This document shows positions 36,412 through 48,842 of a DNA stretch of 64,000 nt, piece after piece. The stretch is from Lepidodermella squamata (taxonomy: Eukaryota; Animalia; Gastrotricha). The stretch covers positions 310,001-374,000 of the forward strand of contig JBLDXI010000066.1 of NCBI GenBank assembly GCA_047495785.1. The letters run 5' to 3'. Each line of letters opens with the position of its first letter. Position 1 is the first letter of the stretch. A program made the translations under genes and the position numbers. Below the pieces are notes generated by a model, which saw only the letters and a list, made by a program, of their open reading frames with translations, was not told where the DNA came from and did not search any database.

Positions 36412-39400
36412 ATGCATTGTTCTCTTATTCTGGTGATAAGCTGTTTGGTTGCGTGTAGTACTGGCTTGGATGTTTCCAAGCTTGAACTGCCACGCTTGGA
36501 CCAACTCATCGCGTTCTGGCCGATGGACGGACATTCTGGACTTACTGGATACACGAGAACAGGCGAAGAGATTCAACCCCTGCCGAACAACAGCACGGCA
36601 AAATTTGCTCGGAACGAAGTCGTAAATACCGGATACTACGGCGGGGCTGGCAGAAGAGAAATCGCTTACTTGGTTCCCGAAGTTCCGAGTTCATTCACGG
36701 TTTCGGTGCATACCCATAAAAGTTTCGGTACGATAGAATTTGATGGCTTATTCAAGATGTTTACTGCTGGTGTTTCATTGAGAACTGGGGCTAACAGTTG
36801 GTATCTTGCAGGAAATGCTTCTTACAATGGATCTGACGATTCAAGTAATGCGGCATTCGTAGATGGATTGTTTGTGGCTTTCGCGTATCGCCAGCTGTCT
36901 AACGAGGCTGTGTTCTATCGAATGAGGACAAATGATCAGAGGTTATATAGTGGCATTTACACAGTGCCGCATAAACTCTACGTCGAAGACACTCGCCGAG
37001 AATTCGCTATCGGGAAACTAGAATCCCGGAGTATACTCAAGGTTTCGTGTGTCACCTTGTACAAAACTGCTCTAACTGCAGACGAGGTGAAATCGTTGTT
37101 TCTTAAACCGTGTCTCAGTGCTGCGAAAGCAAAGATGGGCAAAATCGATGCTATCGATATGACAGGCATTCCTCGACGAGAGAATCTCATTGGATTTTGG
37201 CCGATGTCCTACAATTCGAAGTTTATCGGCTGGGACGGGGCCGGTAACCCCATCTTACCGCGCCAGCCAAGCTCTTATAACGCGATGCAGATAGAATTTG
37301 AGGGGCCCTATGGGCAAGGTAGTGTTTCATCAGACGGGACATCTTTCTTTGGCGGGCTGGTTGCCTACGACTTCCTGCCGAGGCCGCAATCGGGCTTCAC
37401 CCTTTCGTTCTACATAAAATCGTCTTGTGATGGCGGTGGGAGAGGAATCGTCACGATCATCGGTTTCCTCACAGTTTATTGCCGCGATGAACCAGATAAA
37501 CCGGAATATAAGTGAGGAATTAATTAGAAGGGAGGTTCTATTTATAAGAAAGTGTTGCATGGCGATAGAAGTAACTAGGGAGTACCTATTTTATGGATAG
37601 GGTCTGACAAAATTGGTGACCTCATCGCACAAATACTAATTCCCGAACAAAAATTTTCAGGGTTATTTTGATATTTTTTAACTAGTTTTCATTCCGGGGT
37701 TCTTACATATTAATTTGAAATTACCAGATAAACTCCGAAATAGTGAGAAACCTTAATATCGAAAAAACCCTTATTTATTATGCTCTGAAAAACCCCGAAT
37801 TATTGCGGAAACTATGGGAGTATTCCTGTCACCCACGACTCCAACTATAATCCGATCGAGCTGTCGCCATATGTGTGAAATGGCGGCTATTCGAGCGGAT
37901 TATATTTGGAGTCGTGGGTGACAGGAATATTCCCATAGTTTCCGCAATAATTGAGATTGAGTAAGTACAATAATAAGGCGCCTGGCGTTAACAGAAAAAT
38001 AATTCATACAAACAGCACGCAGATAAATGGCATTTCACAGAAAATTGGTGAGTATTTTTAGTGCATTCAAATTATGGTATTCAAGTCTATTTATGTATTC
38101 CAGTTCATGTAGAAGTAAAAGTTAAGGATGGCCGAATATCGTTCCGTAGGTTTTCGGGTTTCATCGTCGAAACTCACGTCAAGCCATCAACAAATTTCTA
38201 AATTAGAGATAAAAATTATTAAAATAATTTTGAGAATTATGGTCACTTTTACACGAGCAACTTCGTACTTTGTAATCATCCATGTTGAATGACTTCGACT
38301 GTTACGTGATAATTTTTACTAAAATTTACTAAATTTAATTTTTTACTAAAAGATGAACGATTCACCGAAACTATTCTTATAATATTTTAGGTTCCGAGGG
38401 TACCTATACATAGAACAGTGAGTCAAATATTTTCTTAAAAAACCCAAGTTTCATACGTAAAACTAATCTAGAATAGGGGTGATTAGTGGCATGCTTGCCG
38501 CCATTCTAAGTGAACGGTGAAATTTAAGAAAAATTTAGGAAAAAATTTGGTTCAATAGCAGCCCAGGGTTGAGAGGTCAAGTCGGTTGATAAACATCATA
38601 AAAGAATGATTCGCTGACAAATAATTGCTTGACTTAATAATGATAATTTCAAGCTAGAAATAGTAGTAGCCCAGGCTGCTATAGGAACAGATGATACTGT
38701 ATAATGGGAAGCAGTTCAATCGCTGACTGGGAAAAGATGCTCTGGCATTGAAAATGAGGGTGAATTCCAAGTGCTAATAAGATTGCAAAATTGCAAAGTG
38801 TTTTGTTCATTTCTTAAACTAGTTCAGAGACACCGTGACGCAACAATGGTGACTCGACTTGACAGAAAAGTTCAGAAAAACCCCAAGTACATACTCGATT
38901 TCGCGTTTTAATAAATCGGAGTTTTTTCGTTATGTATGTGTCGTAGGCGATGGTGAAATATTGGCCAATAACACATTAGAGTACTCTATCATGACAAGTG
39001 AAAAGTGGGGTTTGGTGAAATCTTTCACATCGTGAGATTTTGCAGCCGCTCTAAGAATTTGATGGAATCAAGGTAATGCTTGCACGTCAGTCGAAATCGA
39101 TAAGCCGTTTCGGCGACACTTTGGGATCTCCGGTCTTTGAGAATTGAGAAGGATGGGAGCCTCCTATAGAGGTCTTATTTCTTTTTTGAATTCAAAATCT
39201 TCAAGTAAATCCAAGTAAGAAAATGTAGGAATCGTCCCACTTAAAGTCACACTACAGAACACACCACAGAAAATCGCAAACCCCCACTTATCACTTCTTA
39301 ACTGTCATTTCATTTAACTTACTTTTACAACTTCAACTTATTATGATTTTTTACTATTATTGCATTAGTATGCACTTCGTATTAGATGACACGATAGAAG

Positions 39401-41779
39401 GCAAAGAATACTTTCCGCATGTCAGTTGACGTTAAATTGCTGCATTTTTATTGCACCTGTATAGCCTGTTGTTCAAGTACTTGAACATTTGGATATGGAT
39501 CGGACAATTTTTTTCGACCGCATTAACTTATACCGCCTGACGTCACATAAACAAGCCTAGAGGTTCCTTCTGCCGCGTTGTCAACGATATCCTATGATCG
39601 TAGAGCACCGTGCAATATCAGCCAATGAAATAAGAAGAAAAGCCTCAACTCCATTGACTGATCATTGGCTGATATTGCACGATGCTCTGTGACATACGCC
39701 ATACCTATACGATATTATTTTATGACAGGGCGCTCCACTACCGTCCAATAGCCAATGGACAGTCAATGACTGATTTTCGGCGCGATGATTCTATTCAGAT
39801 TGAAATAGCTGGAAGTTGGCTATTTAACGCCATCACCTGGAGCGAAGATGCTCGCGAAATAATATACACACAAGCGGTGCATTACGATACAGGTCTAAGA
39901 TCAGCAGGTAAAGTGATTGAAATTGCTATGTCATGGTGATGTTTCGGGTGCTGCTATTGACACAAAGTTATGTGCCTATTTTCGGCCATTGACACGTGAA
40001 GCTGATAAATTTTCTACAGTGCGGTGTAAACTATGGAAGCGGCGATTTAAGATTCGGGAATAAGCTTACACAATTTCAAACAATGTCTTACAGTTTGTAC
40101 TTATCACCTCTCATCTTTAAACTGACGTAAATTCATCCGTAAACTGACGGTTGTTTGCGTCAGTTTGAAGATGAGGGGTGATACGTCAAAAACTGTAAAA
40201 CATTGTGGCCAAACCCACGTTATTGTCAATTTTGAGCAGGTTTTTTATCCTTTCACAGCGGGAAGGATATTTTCGGAATTTTGACTTTTGACAATTCACA
40301 GTAATTTTGATTTACTGATTACTGATACATTTTACTCAGAGCCTGTAGTCAGAGCGGCATTCAGCCATAATTTCCCGCGGATTGTCGCAAACGTCACACT
40401 GGACTATCTTTCAATGGAAATTGGCATGGGCTATGTGAACGAAACTTTGGCACTCGATGGGGACGAAACCACACAATTCGCTTGTTTCTACTTCTACAAT
40501 GCCGCTTTGAATAAAGATGAAATCTTAAACCTAAGCAACGCTTGCGGTCGACTAGCCTCGATGAAAACTACGTACTTGAGTGGAAACTCGATCGCAGAGC
40601 AAATGGTGCCGTTCTTTGAGAGCCAGCAATTTGAATCTATCGACAACCTGACATCGATACAGCGAAATTGTGGCAATTTCAACGCTTCTCTAAATGCACC
40701 TCGAAATTGTGAGAACCTGTCAAATTACGATGCTCCTCTAAAAATCAAAGTTCGCTTTCAGATCACTGGCTTGAATGAAATTGACACAGTGAGCGAAATT
40801 ATAACTGTGAAAGCCTTGATGGTGCTCTACTGGCGGGTGAATACATGTCCGTGGCTCTCATCGCCTGCCCTGCCAACTGGCAGGAATTTCGAAACAATCT
40901 ACATCGATAATCCCGACAATCTATGGAAGCCTAAAATCCGATTTATATCAGCAGCTAATTCGAATCTTCAGATGAGAAACATGGTCATCAATGACGATTA
41001 TTTGATGATGATGTCTTCGAAGGTGCCGACAATCAACAGAACCTTCGACTTTTACTGGCAGAAGGAAGGTCTGTTTGAGGCGAACTGTGAACTTTCTCTT
41101 CAGTTGTTTCCTTTCGATACTCAATCGTGCGAGTTCGAATTCTCACTCGAGCGTAGTATTAACATTGTTCGAGTGGATGACAGAACACGTTTGTTTGATT
41201 TTAACCACACCCATGTTGGCGACGGTTGGAGGCTGATCTCGACTGAAAATTCTACAGGCCAAGTTTTCTACAAGGGATTTTACGTTTCTACGTTCAAATT
41301 CACGGTCAAACTCGCTAGGAATCCTCGGTATTACATCAAAAACTTTGCAATCCCTTCGTCGACCCTTGCATCTCTGAATTTGTTTCTGTTTCTAATGCCA
41401 CCTGATTTACCAGATCGGGCTGCTTTCTCTGTCACTGTTCTTTTGACGATGACCGTCATGCAGGGTGCAATTTTGAATGAAGTTCCGAGAAAATCTTACG
41501 ACACCCTTCTCGGAAAGCTTGTTCAGAGCCAGACTTGGTATCGCATCCACTGTTTACAGCCTGCTTATTTTATGGTTGGAGGCTTCTTATTTTGATCCCA
41601 ACGTTCCATCGCGACCGCAAATGCGTTTTTTCAATGGAAGATTCGGTTTGATTCGTGTCATTGACTGTTACTTTTTCTTTGGCGGCGTTTCAGTATTTGT
41701 TTTTGTTCATGTTTACATTATTCAAGATGCGAATTTGGACTATGATTTTATTTTGAGATCTTTCAATATAGTTGCTTAG
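36412..41779 (+). pseudogene. LamG-like x2 / Cys-loop channel fusion, paralog 7, frameshifted in M3; exons 36412..37511, 39729..39907, about 40340..41779
   Basis: Same three-exon structure as paralog 6 (phase-2 intron 37512..39728, phase-1 donor at 39908; acceptor at 40339 or 40348, both in frame). A 5-nt deletion at about 41538 (TGGTATCGC vs TGGTTTTGTATCGC) shifts the frame; the rest of M3 and M4 are in ORF 41477..41779. Confidence 0.8.
37798..37952. repeat. Long palindrome (arms of about 73 bp, 9-nt loop) in intron
   Basis: AATTATTGCGGAAACTATGGGAGTATTCCTGTCACCCACGACTCCAA... pairs with ...TTGGAGTCGTGGGTGACAGGAATATTCCCATAGTTTCCGCAATAATT. Confidence 0.9.
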
Positions 41780-43291
41780 TGCTGTAATTGTTGAAATACT
41801 AGCCCGGGCTTCTAGATTTTCAATGTACAAAAAGGATGAAAAATTGGGCGTCTATTGCAGATGAATGGTGAACGGTGTGAACTTGTTGTCCTCAGCTAAA
41901 CTTGTTGGCTGAATTTACCGAATTAAAGCGGTGGAAAAAACAGCTAGAGCATATGAAGATAAACAAGTATAACAGGTGGAAGTGTTGTTGAGACGTAAAT
42001 AAAGACTTCTTTGGCGATGCAATTTCAGGTACTAACAATAAATGAGGGATGTAAACCGACACAAGCTGGATTTTTCGCGATGTCTTGAAGTAGAAGCAGG
42101 ACTAATCAGCTGAATGACTGCTTACTTTGGTTTCCTTCACCAGACTAATTAAAATTGGCTGGTGAATTGTTGCTTTTAAATTGCGTCGGAGGAAAAAGTC
42201 GCAAGCAAAAAAGCCGTAAATTTTCGAAATGTTAATGCATACTGATCTGAGAACTCGCTTGAATTGACTTGGAATTTGAAATTGCCCCCATTTGAAGCCT
42301 GACATCGGGAGGAATCTGTGGGTGAAACTCTATTTCTCCGATTCACTCCGTTATAAAATGGCCATAATCTTCTGTTCCTCCAGAATCTCGAAAGTGCTTA
42401 TGGTAGGCGCGTTCCGCTGATGTGCAATAACAGCTAAAGCAAATATCGGAAAAATCGACAGTATCGGATATGACAAACATTCCTCGTCGACAGAATCTCA
42501 TTGGATTTTGGCCACTATCGTATGATTCAAAGCTCATCGGCTGGGACGGCGCCGGGAACGCTATCTTACCTCGTCAAGAAAGCACTTATAACGCGAATCA
42601 AATAAAACCCGAAGGACCCTATGGGCAGGGTAGCATTTCATGTATGAGTACCTCCTGTGGGCTAGCTTACGATCACCTACTAAGGCCGACTCCAGCATTC
42701 ACCCTTTCGTTCTACATAAAATCGTCTTGTGATGGCGATGGGAGAGGGATCGTTACTATCATCAGTTTCCTCACCGTTATTTGCCGCTTTATTGAGAATG
42801 AAATAGCAATCTTCCAATAGCGAACGGAAAGTCGATGACTGATTTTGAGCAGAACGAAAATTGTAATCAAGGTAATATCCACGCTGGAACCTGGCTATTT
42901 GTGGCATTACCTCGGACGAAGACGAAGGCGATTCCAAATTACACACAAGCAATTTATTACCAGCACGAACCGTAGTTTGGTAAGTTTATCAAAATATTGG
43001 AGTCATAATCATTGCTTTGTTGAAACAATGGCAGTGCTATTGTTGAGCGTGACCTTAAGCTGTGCGCTTTTTCTTCGTTTTTTGATGTTCTCGTCTTTCC
43101 AGACTGTTAGCGCATTGGTTTCTGTAGTTGCCGGTTCACTTATGATTCATTGTGATTCATTGAATACTGTAAACGCAGCAGCTCCCTAGATTTAAATAAT
43201 TCAACAATGAATTCTTAGCCCACCCCAAACTGCGGTTCCAAACTGACTAGACTAGACTAGCAAGAACTTCCCGCCTAACGTCGTCGGTGTA

Positions 43292-46200
43292 CAGGGTGTT
43301 CTTTTTAAAACCGAACATCCTGCCGTAGTCGCGAAAAATAAATTTACCGGCTATTTTACAAAAATAATTTTACTAAAATAATTTTTTATCACTTTTAACA
43401 ATTATTTTTAATTTTATTTTCAATTGCGCGATGCCCTTGAATTTTAGCGCGCGTTGCCACGTCGACGCGTCGGTTTTTAAATTTTAGCGGTTAAAACGCC
43501 TGAAATCAGGGTTTTCGCGCCTGGTTCCTAAGGTAACCGGCAAGCGCGCGGCTCCTTGCCGCGCATCATTCAAGTCAGTTAAGCGAGCTTAATGTTTTAG
43601 CCGCGCCGTTTTTTCTTATTCGGTCTCAGTTTTCGCAATGTGGTAGACCCAAAATCGGTAAAAAGAGCCTTAAATTGCGGTTCCTTGCCGTTGAAATCCA
43701 CCGCTGGAATCAAGAAGACGGCGGTGCAACGTGGTTTTCTGCTGTCTTGAGGAGTCTAATGATATAACAAGCGGCCTTGATAACTTGTCGCTCAAGTTTC
43801 AGTCCGCGGATCAGAGAAACGCACGCTTTTCTGGGCGAAATGCAATGCAACTAGCTGTTACACGATGAAAAGGGCAGTGGTATCATGTAAATAAACGGAA
43901 AGCTGGGGGGAAACATGTCGAATTTACTGGCATAGATGTTGCTGATGCGGAAGACACGTTGCCTTCCTTCTTTATCCTTGATGTTCTCTCATCCTTGTGT
44001 GATACTTCGTCGTCCGCAGTGATGCCGTAGCTAACTTCTATAGACTAATCAAAGCTGATCTCAAAGGCGTTACCACTGTTATCATCAAAGCTGTCTCGTA
44101 GAACATGTTCATAATATCAAAAAGAAAAAATACAAGGTATTTTAGATTACGATGGTTTAGCCGCTCAGTTTATTTCGTTTACTGCTGTTCGTAACATCAG
44201 TCATGTTCCTTACTAAGGATAGTGGTTTACAAGTCAGCGTAGCTTGGTGCTTAGTAAGGACTGTCATCTTAATAGTCATAACTATGGACACTCACTCTTC
44301 ACTCTACGCCGCGTCTTTTAAGGTGCACAGGTCCATCTGAGATCAGATCCTTAGATCGCTCAGTCTGAAGCGGCGAAGTCTGAGTAAGGATTGTTGAGTA
44401 AGCCATTCCTACCAAGCATACCAGTGACACCGCGTCCTTACTTGGAAGCCTTCTTGCTAAGGATGTCTTGCTTAGTAAGGACATCCTTAGTATGGAATTC
44501 CTTATAGCAAGATTGCTTTCAAGTAAAGAGAGCGCTTAGCATCTATAAATGCATGCTTAACATCCATAGCATGGAAAATCAACATCGCTAGGCTATGAAC
44601 AGCCGTTTATTTGCACCATTCAGATCAAGTTGAGTGTTTAACAAAACGTCATGTAAACTTTAACATCATTGGCAGCATCCGGCGCGCGGCGTGAGTCGTT
44701 AAGAGTGAGAATTTAGCATCATTTTCGGCGAAAAATTCATTGGTATCACTCAAGGTATCACTGGATCCGCCGGAGATTTGAAAACAGCGGATGACTGAGA
44801 CAACGCTTAGGACTGATAACCGAGATCTTATTCAGACATTGATCACTCGTTTGCGGCGGCGCAGGGCAGGAATATTCCGTGGTGATGCCCGTGTCCTGTC
44901 ATCAATTTCCCTGCGGTAACCGCAGTTGCGGGCGGGTGTAACTGTTTGTGAGACTGCGGTAACAAAGCAAGTTTAACACCACGCCAGTCTTTGTCTTTTA
45001 TATGCATCCCTTTGATCTCTGATTCTACGCGTCCTGTAAGAACAGTCCAGCATTCTCGCATAGATTTTACGTTTCTTGTAATATTTTAGTGGTAAACGGT
45101 AAACTATTTGATTGATGTAACTTCAAGCGCAATAAATCACAATAATATAACGCGCCCCACCCGCTGAATTTCCCGGAGAAATAGAAGAATAAGCGAAAAC
45201 AAACGATTTCAAACCTTAGCCCTAATGCGACCGCTGAAAACCAGTAGCAGCGGCTGAATTGTGTCAACGGGTAAAGTCTTTTGCAGAATTTTAACACGAT
45301 TAAAGCAATATATTCACACAATGCCTAAAATTCATGCATCGACGTCATATGGCCCCATAAATCACGAAGAATTGCGGCTACAACGCGTTGAAACGTCCTC
45401 TAACAAGGATGGTATGGTATCAGAAAGCCGACCCAGCGCTCGAGTTAGGGCGCCAGCACCAGCATTTTTCTGCTTTAATGTCAAACTGACATCTTCTCTT
45501 AGCAAGTTCACTTATGTTGGCTAAAATTTAACCGCTAAATTATTTGCTATGACCAAAAATATCCCGAAAAACCCGAAAAAACCCGAAAAATGCATGCCAA
45601 GCCACTTAAAGCGGAAAACCGCGTTGTCCAACCTAAAAGTAATGGTAACTAAGAAATATACAGTTTATTCTACAAGAAAACCATGAGAAAGATTGTTCTT
45701 ACCAGATTATTTCATGAAATGGGCTATCCTTAAGGTTGCTGATCTGACTCAATGATGACGTCTAACCAGAGTGTGTAGGGCAGACGAAAGTCGATCCTGC
45801 GCTCGAATTACGGCGGCAACACTAGCTTTTTTCTGCTTTGTCGTCATATTGATATAGTCTCCAAGCAAAATCACCCAATTTTACCCATATCTGACCGTTG
45901 ATTATTTCCCAGCATCAATAAATGTTCCGATAAACCCGAATAACTCCATTTTAACGTCTAAATGCATCCTAAGCCGTAAAACGAGAAAAACCACGGTGAC
46001 CTCCCAAGAAGACATGGTAACTAAGAAATTTACACTCTATTCTACCAGAAAACAATGAGTAACAATGCTAATTAAGCAAAATTCATGACATGGACCATCT
46101 TGAAGATCGTTCATCTGGCCAGAGGATGAGATCTAACACAGCAGGTATGGCAGAAGGAAGTCCCTCCTGCTCACGAGTTAGTATGGCAACACCGACTTTT

Positions 46201-47063
46201 TCTTGTTTCATTGTCAAAGTATTTACGTCTCCTAGTGAATTCACTCATTTGAGCCCCCATTTGACCGCTGAATTGTTTGCTAACATTGTAAATGTTCCGA
46301 ATATCCCGAAAAACTCCATTTATCGACAGAATGCATCCATAGCAGCAGCAAGTGAAAAACCGCGGTGACCCTCCAAAAAGTAACGGTAACTAAGTAGTAT
46401 TTACTCTGCTTTACAAGAAAACAATGAGAGACAGTGTTTTTGACGGGTGATTTGAAGGCATAGACCTCCTTGAAGATGGTGATAATGAGATCTATGCTCT
46501 GAAAGACCGGCTGGCTGTTAGGGCAGACGTGCTAAAAATAACCATCTTCCTACAAAAACGGCTGTGGTAATCTTGTAGAGAATACATTACTGTACTTAGA
46601 AACACTGTTTCCGCAAGGTATAACCGCACTTAGGTGAAAGTTTCCGGGGTTAAACGCTTAAGATCTGCGAAAAACGGCATAAAAATGGCTTGTTTAGGCT
46701 TAGCGCATACGTCTAATTGAGCCATATTTAGAAAAAATGACGCCGGCTGCCTTATTAAATGCTTGAAATGCTATCAGAAAAACACTAACAAAGGTGTCGT
46801 CACCGGTGATAAAATGCGGAATTACGGGGATGAAGTTGCGCGCCGGGGAACTTGCGGTGCGCGGAGCGGCTACAACGCGAAAACGCGCGGCATCGCGCAG
46901 CACGCTTTTCCGTAGCAACAAAATTTTTATTTAAAAAAAATTATTAATATAATAAAATAAAAATATTTTTAAAAGGATATTTAATTTTGTGCATAAAAAT
47001 TTGCGGTAGCACGCGATTTTCCAACGCGCGCGGCGGATGTTCGGTTTTAAAAAGAACACCCTG
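43292..47063. mobile_element. 3.77-kb Tc1/mariner-type TIR element without a recognisable transposase ORF
   Basis: Perfect 29-bp TIR CAGGGTGTTCTTTTTAAAACCGAACATCC; TA duplication at 43290-91 and 47064-65; removing it restores GGT GTA TCT ATG GAT TAT (GVSMDY). Confidence 0.95.
45400..46470. repeat. Three diverged tandem units of about 370 bp inside the TIR element
   Basis: GGTAACTAAG at 45644, 46016 and 46385 (periods 372 and 369), with co-repeating AAAACC(G/A)CG, TTTTCTG/TTTTCTTG and AGAAAAC(C/A)ATGAG. Confidence 0.8.
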
Positions 47064-48842
47064 TATCTATGGATTATCTTTCGGTGGAAATAGGCGTCGG
47101 CTACGCAAACGCTGAAGAATAAATGGTTAACTATGGTGCCACCACACAATTAGCATGTTTCTATTTCTATAACGCCGCATTGGGTCGCGATGAAGTTTTC
47201 AATCTAAGTAACGCGTGTGGCCGACTGATCTCCGAGCAGACTACTTTCTCGAGTGGAAATTCAATCGCAGAACAAATGATACCGGTATTCGGAACCCCGC
47301 AATTAAAGTACATCGACAACATTACAGCTATTCAGCGTAACTGTGGTGTATTCAACGCTTCAGTCTACGCTCCTCAGATCTTTGGAAACATATCGGACCC
47401 CGACGTTCCTCTAAAGGTGAGCATTGGCTTCCAAGTTACAGGCTTGAATGACATCGACACTGTGAGTGAAATCGTAACAGTTAAAGCGCTGATGGTCCTG
47501 AATTGGCGGGTAAATGCTTGCCCATGGTGGTCATCTCCTGCCCTACCAACTGGCAGGAATTTCGAGACCATCTACATTGACAATCTCAGTAATTTGTGGC
47601 TACCGAAGATCCGCTTCCTATCAGCAGCAAATTCGAATCTTCAGATGCGAGACATGATAATCAATGACGACTATTTGATGATGATGTCTTCAAAAGTGCC
47701 CACAATCAACCGTACTTTTGACTTTTATTGGCAGAAGGAAGGTTTGTTCGAGGCCTATTGCGAACTGGACCTTCAATTATTTCCATTCGATACACAAAAT
47801 TGCAGCTTCGAATTCTCCCTTGAGCGCGACATGAACACAGTTCGCGTTGATGGAGAAACCCTACGATTTTACTTCAAGCATTCGCATTCCGGCGATAGCT
47901 GGACCTTAGGTTCAACCGAGAATTCGACAGGCCAAGTTTTCTACAAAGGCTTCTACGTTTCAACATTCAAATTCACGGCGAAACTCGCGAGAAATCCGCG
48001 ATACTACATCAAAAATTTCGCCATCCCTGCGTCGACTCTCGCATCTCTGAATGTATTCCTGTTCATGATGCCACCTGATTTACCAGATCGGGCTGCTTTT
48101 TCTGCGACGGTCCTGCTAACCATGACGGAAATGCAGGGCGCTGTGGTGAATCAAGTTCCGAAAAAGCCATACACAACCCTTCTCGGCAAGCTGGTTCAGA
48201 GCTTGACTTGGTTTTGCGTCGCATCCACCATTTACAGCCTGCTGATCTTATGGCTGGCAACTTCTGCCTTCCATTCGGAGGCGAAGAAATCTTTTAAAAG
48301 GCGATTTTTCTCTGGACGCATTGGTTTGGTTGGCGCAATCGATTTCTGTTGTCTACTTTGCAGCGTTTTCCTATTCTTTTTCGTTCACATTCTAGTTTTG
48401 CAGAACAAGAATTTGGACTATGATTACGTCATTGGATCGTTCGATCTAATTGATTAATAGAGGATCAGGGTCAAACTTTCCAAAATAGAAACAATTATTC
48501 TTCAATTTTGTTAAATAGATAAAACTGTAAACGTGTCGTCATGAAAGGTGAACTTTCGTGAACGTGAAACTAGAACACGGCTTTGCTTTCCGTTAAAAAC
48601 TGACACATTTCTTGTTTATTATTACGCAACACCTTGAGAAAAATAAATAAATATTGTTGGCAAAATCTGCCTCCCTTTTATCATTCACGCCCAATATTTT
48701 TTCTATACGCAGTGTACTACAAATGATTTCTATGAATAAAATAGTTGTAACAGTGTAGCTCCGTGCGAAATTACCATTAATTTTTTGTTTATTTTTTGCT
48801 ACAGAAGATTTGTATGCAATTTATTCGAGATAAGGCTTGCCT

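Larger units (their letters stand above)
42432..48457 (+). pseudogene. LamG/Cys-loop paralog 8: first LamG lost, second frameshifted, channel exon split by a transposon; channel ORF 47123..48457 still open
   Basis: 42432..42979 encodes AKANIGKID..MTNIPRRQNLIGFWPLSYDS with frameshifts; donor gtaagt at 42980. NFPPNVVGV|SMDYLSVEIG is interrupted at a TA. In-frame TAA at 47120. Confidence 0.85.
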
